This document shows, one piece after another, positions 28,427 to 36,779 of a DNA stretch of 64,000 nucleotides. The DNA lies in the NCBI GenBank assembly GCA_028282585.1, contig JANQHR010000142.1, positions 13,403 to 77,402 of the forward strand, written 5' to 3'. Numbering within the stretch: the stretch's first letter is position 1; every line of letters begins with the position of its first letter. Source of the stretch: Bacteroidales bacterium. GTDB taxonomy: Bacteria > Bacteroidota > Bacteroidia > Bacteroidales > UBA12077. The notes under the pieces are model-generated. The model was not told the origin of the DNA and did no database searches. It saw only the letters and a program-made list of their open reading frames with translations. Position numbers and translations under genes: made by a program.

Positions 28427-28828
28427 ATGGAAGACAATTCAAAAAAGAAAGCCAGTATCCTTAAAGGAGCTATTCTAACAGGAGTAATAGCAGGCTTAAC
28501 TCCATTATCCGTAAATTCTTCTGCACTATTTTCTTATCATGTACTTGGTTCTGGTGCTGAAGTAAGAACACAAATTTTAGAGGAAAAATCTGTTTCAGGA
28601 ACAGTTTATGAACTAAAATGCGGAAGTGAAAAAGAAGAATCAAAGAAAAAAAGTGAAACCAAAAAAGGTGAGGCAACCAAGGCAGAAAAAGGTAAATCAA
28701 CTGAAGCCAAATGTGGTGAAGGAAAGTGTGGTTCTGAAAAGAAAGAAGGAAAAAGCGAAGAAAAAAAAGAAGGCGAAAGTAAGTCTACCGAAGCAAAGTG
28801 TGGGGAAGGTAAGTGCGGTGTAGAATAA
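28427..28828 (+). CDS. Secreted RiPP precursor with five ExKCG motifs (HvfA/oxazolin or EGKCG-bufferin-like)
   Basis: Sec-type signal; ELKCG plus two copies of KSTEAKCGEGKCG in a K/E-rich matrix; directly upstream of DUF692. Confidence 0.88.
   Translation: MEDNSKKKASILKGAILTGVIAGLTPLSVNSSALFSYHVLGSGAEVRTQILEEKSVSGTVYELKCGSEKEESKKKSETKKGEATKAEKGKSTEAKCGEGKCGSEKKEGKSEEKKEGESKSTEAKCGEGKCGVE
28694..28819 (+). repeat. Two copies of the KSTEAKCGEGKCG coding repeat (28694-28732 and 28781-28819)
   Basis: Identical peptide; 8 of 13 codons differ synonymously. Confidence 0.9.
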
Positions 28829-28840
28829 CATCTTACATTG

Positions 28841-28970
28841 CCTGAGAGCTGTATAACAATAATTCTTATTCAACAGTAATTCACAAACAGCTCAGGGCCC
28901 GGGAATTGGCAGGTTAGTTAGGTTGATTCGAATACATAGTGATATACATTTCCAATTCCTGGGCTTTTTT
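28841..28970 (+). terminator. Double long-loop hairpin ending in U6 (leaky terminator or stabiliser) between precursor and MNIO
   Basis: 28841-52 pairs with 28887-96 (2-nt bulge); 28897-909 pairs with 28952-64 (13 bp, one G-U), then TTTTTT. Confidence 0.6.
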
Positions 28971-28982
28971 AAAACTATAATT

Positions 28983-29822
28983 ATGAAATCAAATATTAAT
29001 ATAGGACTGGGTTTTCGACGGGATCTTACTGAAGAATTCATGTCTCAAAAAACAATCAAACCTGGATTTATTGAGTTTGCACCGGAAAACTGGATTGATA
29101 TGGGTGGCTACTGGGGAAAAGTATTAAGAGAGATTGAAACGAAATATCCAGTTACATGTCACGGATTATCATTATCACTTGGAAGTCCTGAAGAACTAGA
29201 CTGGGAGTTTATTAAAAAACTCAAAATATTTCTTGATGAGCATCATGTTGAAATATACTCTGAACACTTATCCTATACCAAAGCTTCAAATGCTCATTTA
29301 TATGATTTACTGCCAATTCCGTTTAGAGAAGATGCTATTCATCATGTTTCGAAAAGAATAAAACAGGTACAAGATTATTTGCAACGTAAAATCGCAATAG
29401 AAAATGTTTCATATTACACTTCAGTAGCTGCTGAAATGGATGAAGCAACCTTTATTAACAGCATTGTTGAGGAAGCAGATTGTAACTTGTTACTGGATAT
29501 AAATAATGTTTATGTAAATGCATTTAACCATAACTATGATCCAAAGAATTTTATAAAAAAGTTACCACTTGATAAAGTAGCATATATTCATATGGCCGGA
29601 CATGAAAGGGTAGCTCCTGATCTAATTATAGATACTCATGGTGAAGCAATTATTGATCCTGTATATGAATTATTCGAATGGACGATTCAAAGAATGAAAC
29701 CAGTTCCGGTTTTATTGGAAAGAGATTTTAATTTTCCAGAAATAACAGAACTACAATCGGAACTAACTCAACTTGAGTCAATTTGCAAAAGACATTGGGA
29801 GGTTCATTATGAAATTAAGTAA
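28983..29822 (+). CDS. Multinuclear non-heme iron oxidative enzyme (MNIO, DUF692; HvfB/BufB-like)
   Basis: GLGFRR; FAPENW; HGLSLSLGS; SEHLSY; IENVSYY; LLDINNVYVN; HMAGH; IDTHG; LLERD; ATG 28983 preferred. Confidence 0.95.
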   Translation: MKSNINIGLGFRRDLTEEFMSQKTIKPGFIEFAPENWIDMGGYWGKVLREIETKYPVTCHGLSLSLGSPEELDWEFIKKLKIFLDEHHVEIYSEHLSYTKASNAHLYDLLPIPFREDAIHHVSKRIKQVQDYLQRKIAIENVSYYTSVAAEMDEATFINSIVEEADCNLLLDINNVYVNAFNHNYDPKNFIKKLPLDKVAYIHMAGHERVAPDLIIDTHGEAIIDPVYELFEWTIQRMKPVPVLLERDFNFPEITELQSELTQLESICKRHWEVHYEIK

Positions 29823-30570
29823 AGAAACAGAAGCTATTCAAAACTCTTTGGCTCTTTATTGCCGAAGCGGAGTGGAACCTCCAATTCCCGTTTCGCGTCC
29901 CGAGAATTTACCACATTACAGAAGGCTTGTTTTTAATATAGTTTTAAATACTATGCAACAAGCATTTCCAATTGCTTATAAGAATATACCAGCCGATGAA
30001 TGGAAGGATTTGGTGCATAATTTCTTTTTAAAACATGATAGTCAAACTCCTCAAGTATGGAAACTTCCTTTTGAATTTTACCAATTTGTTTCTCAAAATA
30101 ACTATTCGGAACGTTTAAAGAAACCATTTTTAGATGATCTTCTTTTTTTTGAATGGATCGAGATAGAGGTACACACCATGCCAGATATTAAAGCAACCAA
30201 ACATAAAACCAAAGGTAACTTATTTACTGATGTTTTAGTTTTAAACCCTGAATTTAAACTCTTTAAACTAAATTATCCTGTTCATATACATCCACCTGAT
30301 AAGGCTTTGGAACTTCATGGTGACTACTTTGTGATTGCATATCGGCATCCCAATGATTTAAATGTGAGATTCCTTAATTTATCTATTTTACACACTTTTA
30401 TTATAGAAAAATTAATTGAAGAAGAATACACTTTAAATCAAATAGTTGATGATATGTTATCTTTATTTAACATCAACAAGAACGAACTAATAACCAATAT
30501 ATCAACCTTTTTAAATGACCTTTTCAACCAAAAACTAATTTTAGGTTATAAGATTAGTCCTGGCCTATGA
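29809..30570 (+). CDS. MNIO partner protein (DUF2063; HvfC/BufC-like)
   Basis: YRRLVFNIV...AFP...W..LVHNFF..H.SQTPQVW..PFEF...DLLFFEWIE; overlaps the MNIO stop. Confidence 0.88.
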   Translation: MKLSKETEAIQNSLALYCRSGVEPPIPVSRPENLPHYRRLVFNIVLNTMQQAFPIAYKNIPADEWKDLVHNFFLKHDSQTPQVWKLPFEFYQFVSQNNYSERLKKPFLDDLLFFEWIEIEVHTMPDIKATKHKTKGNLFTDVLVLNPEFKLFKLNYPVHIHPPDKALELHGDYFVIAYRHPNDLNVRFLNLSILHTFIIEKLIEEEYTLNQIVDDMLSLFNINKNELITNISTFLNDLFNQKLILGYKISPGL

Positions 30571-30914
30571 TTTTTAAGGCCTGACAACTATGAAATGATC
30601 GGAAATAAATAATTTAGCATCTTGGTTTTAAGGCATGAGTTATCCTTTGCCAAGAATAAGCGCTTACATGGCAGCAAGCATTGAACTATTAGGAGTATTT
30701 TTATTGTTTTTTGGTTTGGGAACAAGAATAATTTCAATTCTTCTAATGTTCATAATGCTTGTTGTTATTTTTACGGTCCATCTCAAAGGAGGACTCAAAG
30801 CTGCAAATAATGGATTTAAAATTCCTCTTTACTACTTTATTATGTTATTCGTTCTACTAATATTAAGGACCCGGTAAAATGAGCGTTGATCGCTTCTTTG
30901 CTAAAAGAAGATAA
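30548..30914 (+). pseudogene. doxX (HvfX-like) pseudogene
   Basis: In-frame IRLVLAYDF*GLTTMK*SEINNLASWF*GMSYPLP...GLGTR...VH...NNGFKIPLYY, then a +1 frameshift to GPGKMSVDRFF; no start codon or N-terminus. Confidence 0.85.
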
Positions 30915-30927
30915 GCCTGTATATAAA

Positions 30928-30962
30928 AAAGAGGCCATCTTGTAAAAAGATATGACCTCTTT
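30928..30962. terminator. Imperfect bidirectional terminator
   Basis: aaagaggccatctt-gtaaa-aagatatgacctcttt between convergent genes. Confidence 0.55.
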
Positions 30963-30991
30963 AGGCAAAACTACAATAATGAAAATCAAAG

Positions 30992-31528
30992 CTATTTAAA
31001 ACTATTTCCTTCTACATAATCGACTAATTGTTCCGGTTGATAAATTTTCGCAATATTATCCCAAATATCATATAGATTCTCCACATCGTCTTTCCCACCT
31101 TCAAAACCGTCTCTATTATAATCACTTAAATCAAAATATTCTTTTTCACCAGTATTAACTATCATTACCTCCTGACCTTTTAAATCAATAAACAATTTAA
31201 ATTCCGGGTCATTAGTACCCATTATTTTTTCGAGAAAATTGCGTGAAACTTCAATTGTTAGAATACCATAATTAATTGCTTTGGCATTAAATAAATCTGT
31301 AAAAACATCCGAAATAACTATCCTAAATCCTAAGTCCGATATTGATTTTACCAACTCATCGTAATTACCTACTTTTTCACTGGCAACATCAACAACCAAA
31401 ATTTTTTCTTTATTATCCGGATCAGCTTTTACAATTTTAATGTCTAATGATTCTTGTTCATTTCTTTTAACATCCGTTGCAATTGCAAGCACCCCGGAAG
31501 TTAAAGTACTGTCTTTTGAGATACTCAT
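30992..31528 (-). CDS. Degenerate LeuD/aconitase swivel-domain homologue lacking active-site motifs
   Basis: KILV...GFRIVISDVFTDLF..KAINYGIL.IEVS..FLEK...DP...IDLKGQ...TGEKEYFDL..Y.......GKDD aligns by eye with Bacteroidota LeuD; DTD.I.P and FG.GSSRE are absent. Confidence 0.7.
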   Translation of the reverse strand: MSISKDSTLTSGVLAIATDVKRNEQESLDIKIVKADPDNKEKILVVDVASEKVGNYDELVKSISDLGFRIVISDVFTDLFNAKAINYGILTIEVSRNFLEKIMGTNDPEFKLFIDLKGQEVMIVNTGEKEYFDLSDYNRDGFEGGKDDVENLYDIWDNIAKIYQPEQLVDYVEGNSFK

Positions 31529-31580
31529 AACAATTAGATTTGTATTTTACAATTTTTGTTTACATTTGTTTATCCGCCTG

Positions 31581-31620
31581 AAATACTAGCCAAAAGTATT
31601 TTTAAAATGCTTTGATCAAA
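31581..31620 (-). promoter_or_regulatory. Bacteroidota primary-sigma promoter (TTTG-N18-TACTTTTG) overlapped by inverted repeat AAATACT-N7-AGTATTT
   Basis: -7 box at 31591-31598, -33 box at 31617-31620, inverted repeat at 31581-31601. Confidence 0.5.
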
Positions 31621-31733
31621 AACTAAATATGTAATTTTTTACGATACCTAAAATTGATATCAGCATAGAGTTAACTTAAATAATATATTTAATGCTAGCA
31701 ACTTAATACTAATTTAACTTAAAAGATATTACA

Positions 31734-33290
31734 ATGCCCAATAAAAATAATGATCCACTTTTTCAACTTATAAAATCTCTTACAAAGTCGGAAAAAAGAT
31801 ACTTTAAGTTACATGTAAACAAACAAATAGCTGGAGAGGATACTAAATATTTAAAACTTTTTGATTTAATAGATAAACAAAAAGTTTATGACGAATCTAA
31901 AATTTTAGAAAAGGATAAAACAATTAAAAGTTCTCAATTATCAAATTTAAAGGCTCATCTCTATAAACAAATTCTGCAAAATCTGCGAAGCCTAAATTCT
32001 GATGAAGATATGGACTTGATTATACATGAAATGATTGACCATTCGACAATCCTTTATAATAAATGTCTTTACGATCAATGTATTAAAATGCTTGACAAAG
32101 CAAAAAATCTTGCTGAAAAATATGATAAAAACACATTACTTCTTGAGATTATCGAATTTGAAAAGAGATTGGTAACTAAATATATACGATCAAATATCGA
32201 AAACAAGGTCAGTAAGTTAATTAAAGCTTCCGATGAAATAAATGAACAAATTAATAGTATCAATACGTTCTCGAACCTAACCATTAAACTTTATTCTTTT
32301 TATTTAAATATTGGCTTTTTGCGAAACCATACCGATTTTGAATTAGTTAATAGCTTTTTGTATTCAACCTTACCCGTTTTTCAAGAAGAACAACTTTCTT
32401 TTGACGAAAAAATGTATTTGTACAATTCTTTTGTTGGCTACTATTTCTTTATTCAGGATTTTGATCGTGGTTATGAGTACGCAAAAAAATGGGTAAATCT
32501 TTTTGATGAAAATCCAACTCTAATTCCGTCAAAAATTGAAATGTATATTAGGTCGGTAAATAATTTACTGGTATCTCAATCAAAGCTATTTAAATACGAA
32601 GAGTTCAAAACAACTGTACAAAGGTTAGATGAAATCCTAGATCAAAAAGATTTAAAACTTACTGAAAATATTAGATTATTAGTATTTAAATATTCATCAA
32701 CACATAAAATTAACCGTTATTTTATGACCGGTGAATTCACAGAAGGGTCTAAAATTATACCTGAAATTGCCGAAAGCCTGGAGAACTTTGAACGTTTATT
32801 AGATGTACATTACATCCTTATCTTTTATTATAAGTTCGCTTGCATGTATTTTGGTAATAGTGACTATCAGAATGTAGTTTTTTGGCTCAATAAGATCATT
32901 AATATGAAAGATTTTGACATCAGATCGGACATTCATAGTTTTGCTCGCATCCTTAACCTGATAAGTCATTATGAACTTGGTAATCTTGATTTGATTGACT
33001 ATTACATACGTTCAACTTACCGTTTCCTTATTAAAAAAAATGATTTACATTTGTTTCAGAAAATTATCATGAAATTCTTAAGAAAACTTAGTTCTATAAC
33101 TCGCGACCAACTAATTGACGCATTTAAAGAGTTAAGAGAACAGCTAATTCCTTTAAATGATAAATTTTATGAACGCAGGCCTTTTATTTATTTCGATATT
33201 TTATCCTGGCTTGAAAGTAAAATTGAAAATCGAAATGTTCAGGAAGTAATTCGTGAAAAGGCATTGAAGAAAATAAGTCATAATGCTTAA
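31734..33290 (+). CDS. Conserved all-alpha Bacteroidota protein of unknown function (possible HTH plus TPR-like regulator)
   Basis: LFQLIKSLTKSEKRYFKL...QLSNLKAHLYKQIL; TPR-like helices; ERRPFIYFDILSWLESKI. Confidence 0.75.
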   Translation: MPNKNNDPLFQLIKSLTKSEKRYFKLHVNKQIAGEDTKYLKLFDLIDKQKVYDESKILEKDKTIKSSQLSNLKAHLYKQILQNLRSLNSDEDMDLIIHEMIDHSTILYNKCLYDQCIKMLDKAKNLAEKYDKNTLLLEIIEFEKRLVTKYIRSNIENKVSKLIKASDEINEQINSINTFSNLTIKLYSFYLNIGFLRNHTDFELVNSFLYSTLPVFQEEQLSFDEKMYLYNSFVGYYFFIQDFDRGYEYAKKWVNLFDENPTLIPSKIEMYIRSVNNLLVSQSKLFKYEEFKTTVQRLDEILDQKDLKLTENIRLLVFKYSSTHKINRYFMTGEFTEGSKIIPEIAESLENFERLLDVHYILIFYYKFACMYFGNSDYQNVVFWLNKIINMKDFDIRSDIHSFARILNLISHYELGNLDLIDYYIRSTYRFLIKKNDLHLFQKIIMKFLRKLSSITRDQLIDAFKELREQLIPLNDKFYERRPFIYFDILSWLESKIENRNVQEVIREKALKKISHNA

Positions 33291-33344
33291 ACCAAATTAT
33301 ATCAAAACTGTCCTATTTAAAATTCACCTCTAAAACCTACTCAC

Positions 33345-35036
33345 ATGAAAAAAACTATTTACATTTTACTTATCACAATTCTAACTATCAATACAATGTA
33401 TGCTCAAGACAGGTTAACAGGCAAGTCATTTGCAACACGATCCGAAGTAATTGCTGAACATGGAATGGCAGCTACCAGTCAGCCTTTAGCAACGCAAATT
33501 GCCATCGACATTCTTAAAAAAGGAGGAAATGCTATTGATGCAGCAATTGCTGCAAATGCAGCCCTTGGTTTAATGGAACCTACCGGCAACGGTATCGGCG
33601 GAGATCTTTTCGCAATAATCTGGGATGCTAAGACAAAGAGATTATATGGGCTAAATGCAAGTGGAAGATCACCAAAATCGCTAACTCTTGACTATTTCAT
33701 TGAAAATGGATACGAAAAGATACCAGCCTTTGGACCTTTACCTGTATCAGTACCCGGTTGCGTTGACGGGTGGTTCGAAATGCATAACAAATTCGGCTCA
33801 CTTGAAATGGCTGAGGTTCTGGAACCTACAATAAATTATGCTCGTGAAGGATTTCCTGTAAGCGAACTAATTGCTTATTATTGGAATAGTAATGCAAAAA
33901 GACTTGAAAAATACCCTGGATTTAAAGAAGTGTTTACACCAAATGGAAAAGCTCCTCAAAAAGGCGAAATATTTAAAAATCCTTATTTAGCTAATACTTT
34001 GGAAAAAATTGCAAAAGAAGGTCGTGACGTTTTTTATAAAGGAGAAATAGCAAAAGAAATTGCTAAATATATGGAAGAACAAGGGGGCTTCCTATCCTAT
34101 GAGGATATGGCAAATCATAAATCAGAATGGGTTGAACCTATTTCAGCGAACTACAGAGGTTACGATGTTTGGGAATTACCTCCGAATGGACAAGGAATTG
34201 CAGCATTACAAATTTTAAATATTCTGGAAGGCTATGATATTGCCAAAATGGGTTTTGGAAGCGTTGAATATATCCACACATTTACAGAAGCCAAAAAGCT
34301 GGCTTTTGAAGATAGAGCAAAATATTATTCCGATCCCGATTTTAATGATATTCCCGTGGAAGAATTAGTCTCAAAGGAATACGCTAATGAAAGAAGAAGC
34401 TTAATAGATCCAAACAAAGCGGCAAAAAATTATCCTGCAGGTGAGTTAGAACAAGGTAATACGATCTATTTAACAGTTGCAGATCAATATGGAAATATGG
34501 TTTCATTAATTCAAAGTAATTATCGTGGAATGGGTTCGGGAATGACACCGGGTAAACTTGGTTTTATTCTTCAGGACAGAGGTGAATTGTTCAGCTTAGA
34601 TAAAAATCATATGAACTGCTACGAACCAGGGAAAAGACCTTTTCAAACAATTATTCCGGCATTTATAACCAAAGATGGAAAACCTTTTATGAGTTTTGGA
34701 GTTATGGGTGGATCAATGCAACCTCAAGGTCATGCTCAAATTGTTGTTAACATGATTGACTTTGGAATGAATTTACAAGAAGCTGGTGATGCTCCACGAA
34801 TGAGACATGGAGGCAGTTCACAACCAACAGGTGAAATTATGACAGATGGAGGGATACTTCAATTGGAGAGTGGAATAGATTACGAAGTAATTCGTGAATT
34901 AATGAAAAAAGGACATAAGGTTAAATTCAGTGTGGGAGGCTTTGGAGGTTATCAGGCAATAATGTTTGACATTGAAAATAAAGTTTACTATGGTGCCTCG
35001 GAATCACGTAAAGACGGACAAGCTGCAGGCTATTAA
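33345..35036 (+). CDS. ggt: Gamma-glutamyltransferase (Ntn hydrolase), secreted
   Basis: GGNAIDAAIA; GIGGDLF; autocleavage site GN|TIYLTVAD; GVMGGSMQPQGH; SESRKDG. Confidence 0.95.
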   Translation: MKKTIYILLITILTINTMYAQDRLTGKSFATRSEVIAEHGMAATSQPLATQIAIDILKKGGNAIDAAIAANAALGLMEPTGNGIGGDLFAIIWDAKTKRLYGLNASGRSPKSLTLDYFIENGYEKIPAFGPLPVSVPGCVDGWFEMHNKFGSLEMAEVLEPTINYAREGFPVSELIAYYWNSNAKRLEKYPGFKEVFTPNGKAPQKGEIFKNPYLANTLEKIAKEGRDVFYKGEIAKEIAKYMEEQGGFLSYEDMANHKSEWVEPISANYRGYDVWELPPNGQGIAALQILNILEGYDIAKMGFGSVEYIHTFTEAKKLAFEDRAKYYSDPDFNDIPVEELVSKEYANERRSLIDPNKAAKNYPAGELEQGNTIYLTVADQYGNMVSLIQSNYRGMGSGMTPGKLGFILQDRGELFSLDKNHMNCYEPGKRPFQTIIPAFITKDGKPFMSFGVMGGSMQPQGHAQIVVNMIDFGMNLQEAGDAPRMRHGGSSQPTGEIMTDGGILQLESGIDYEVIRELMKKGHKVKFSVGGFGGYQAIMFDIENKVYYGASESRKDGQAAGY

Positions 35037-35058
35037 TTCAACCAAATTTTATATTAAG

Positions 35059-35089
35059 AATCTCTGATCAATTAATCAGAGATTTTTTT
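35059..35089 (+). terminator. Intrinsic terminator
   Basis: AATCTCTGAT-caatta-ATCAGAGATT followed by a T run. Confidence 0.8.
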
Positions 35090-35113
35090 ATACTTGCATT
35101 TAAATATTATATT

Positions 35114-35665
35114 ATGACTGGAAAAGAATTACTTGATTTAATAAATACACGGCAAAGCGACAGAGCTTATATATCAACCTCAATTGAAAAAGAGAAAATA
35201 AATAGAATCATTGAAGCTGGCAGATTAGCTCCATCTGCCTGCAATTCACAACCATGGAAGTTTATTATTGTTGATGAAACCGAATTAAAAAATAAAATCG
35301 CTGATTGTACATCAAGTAAAATATTAGGATTAAATCATTTTACAAAACAAGCTCCGGTGCATATTGTAATAGTTGAAGAAAAAGCAAAATTTACAGCAAA
35401 TGCAGGAGGATTGATCAAGTCTAAACATTTTCCTTTAATTGATATCGGTATAGCTGCAGAACACATTTGTTTGCAAGCTGCAGCTGAAGGGTTAGGTTCT
35501 TGTATGTTAGGGTGGTTTGACGAGCCAAAGGTTAAAAAACTCCTGAATATTCCAAAATCAAAAAGAGTTCCATTGATAATTACCATAGGTTATCCGGCAA
35601 GTGAAACAAGAGAGAAACGAAGAAAAGATATGGAAACAATTGTTAGTTATAACCGGTACAAATAG
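35114..35665 (+). CDS. Nitroreductase family protein
   Basis: RQSDRAY...APSACNSQPWKF...GLGSCMLGWF...IGYP. Confidence 0.93.
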   Translation: MTGKELLDLINTRQSDRAYISTSIEKEKINRIIEAGRLAPSACNSQPWKFIIVDETELKNKIADCTSSKILGLNHFTKQAPVHIVIVEEKAKFTANAGGLIKSKHFPLIDIGIAAEHICLQAAAEGLGSCMLGWFDEPKVKKLLNIPKSKRVPLIITIGYPASETREKRRKDMETIVSYNRYK

Positions 35666-35690
35666 GCTTTTCTAATAATTTGAAAATGAG

Positions 35691-36704
35691 TTATATAACA
35701 TTTACTTCCATTTCCAGTTTTATATCAAATAATATAATGATAGCTTGTTGAATGTTTCTTGCTAAATGAACTATCTCCTCCCCCGTTGCATTGCCCTGGT
35801 TTATCAGCACCAATGCTTGCTTATCATGCACTCCAGCATTCCCCATTTGTTTTCCTTTAAAACCAGCTTTTTCAATTAACCAACCAGCAGGTATTTTCAC
35901 TAAATTATTATTTACCTTGTAATTAGGAATTTCGGGCCACCTTTCTTTTAACTGATCTGCTTTATGTTTAGTTATTACCGGATTCTTAAAGAAACTCCCG
36001 GCATTCCCTATTTCTTCCGGTTTAGGTAATTTTGATTCCCGAATCGCAATAACAGCTTGTCGAATGCTATTTAAATTTACTTCGTTATATTCCATTAACT
36101 TCTCGTTCAAATTTCCGTAATCTAACTTAAAAATCGGCTGTTTTTTTAAACGAAATGTCACATATGTAATAATTTGCTTTCCTTTTAGTTTACGTTTAAA
36201 AATACTATCCCTATAGCCAAATTCACACTCTTCATTTTTATAACAAATTCTTTTTTGTGAATCGATTTCAATTACTTCAACATTTGTAATAACATCTTTT
36301 ACCTCAACACCATAAGCTCCAATGTTTTGAATTGGGCTTGTTCCAATGTTTCCCGGAATTAAAGATAAATTTTCCACTCCTCCCCAACCATTTTCAACAC
36401 AAAATCCCACAAACTCATCCCAATCTTCTCCTGCACCTACTCTAACCTCAATTTCATCTTTAGTTTCATAAATAGTTTCGATTCCTTTGATCTTTGGATG
36501 AAGAATATAACCTTCATAATCTCTGGTAAATAAAACATTGCTACCTCCTCCAAGTATCATTAAGGGTAAATCCTTATTTTTGTGTATATTTAGAAACTCC
36601 TTAATATCATTCTCTGAATTACAGAAAACAAAATATTTTGTTTTTGCATTAATACCGAAAGTATTATGATTTTTTAACGCAAAATTTTCTTTAATTTCAA
36701 ACAT
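35691..36704 (-). CDS. murB: UDP-N-acetylmuramate dehydrogenase
   Basis: LGGGSNVLF; ENLSLIPG; PIQNIGAYGVE; FGYRDSIFK; GNAGSFFKNP; QALVL. Confidence 0.97.
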   Translation of the reverse strand: MFEIKENFALKNHNTFGINAKTKYFVFCNSENDIKEFLNIHKNKDLPLMILGGGSNVLFTRDYEGYILHPKIKGIETIYETKDEIEVRVGAGEDWDEFVGFCVENGWGGVENLSLIPGNIGTSPIQNIGAYGVEVKDVITNVEVIEIDSQKRICYKNEECEFGYRDSIFKRKLKGKQIITYVTFRLKKQPIFKLDYGNLNEKLMEYNEVNLNSIRQAVIAIRESKLPKPEEIGNAGSFFKNPVITKHKADQLKERWPEIPNYKVNNNLVKIPAGWLIEKAGFKGKQMGNAGVHDKQALVLINQGNATGEEIVHLARNIQQAIIILFDIKLEMEVNVI

Positions 36705-36779
36705 AAATTGTTAATTTATCTTCCAAAGATAAGTATACAATTATTAAATATTGGACAAAATCTAACTAAACTAACTAAG

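Noticed and set aside
28470-28823. Alternative-frame and antisense ORFs over the precursor (28626-28823 +, 28470-28700 -)
   Set aside because: By-products of low-complexity K/E codons; the synonymous pattern shows selection on the 28427 frame
28841-28970. Known riboswitch identity for the double hairpin
   Set aside because: No recognisable cobalamin, TPP, SAM, FMN or NiCo consensus could be matched by eye
30575-30630. Stop-codon readthrough or selenocysteine recoding in doxX (in-frame TGA)
   Set aside because: Two TAA stops, a frameshift and a missing N-terminus accompany the TGA, and other genes use the standard code, so simple decay is the better explanation
30635-30877. 80-aa ORF as an intact small DoxX protein
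   Set aside because: It is the middle fragment of a larger disrupted gene
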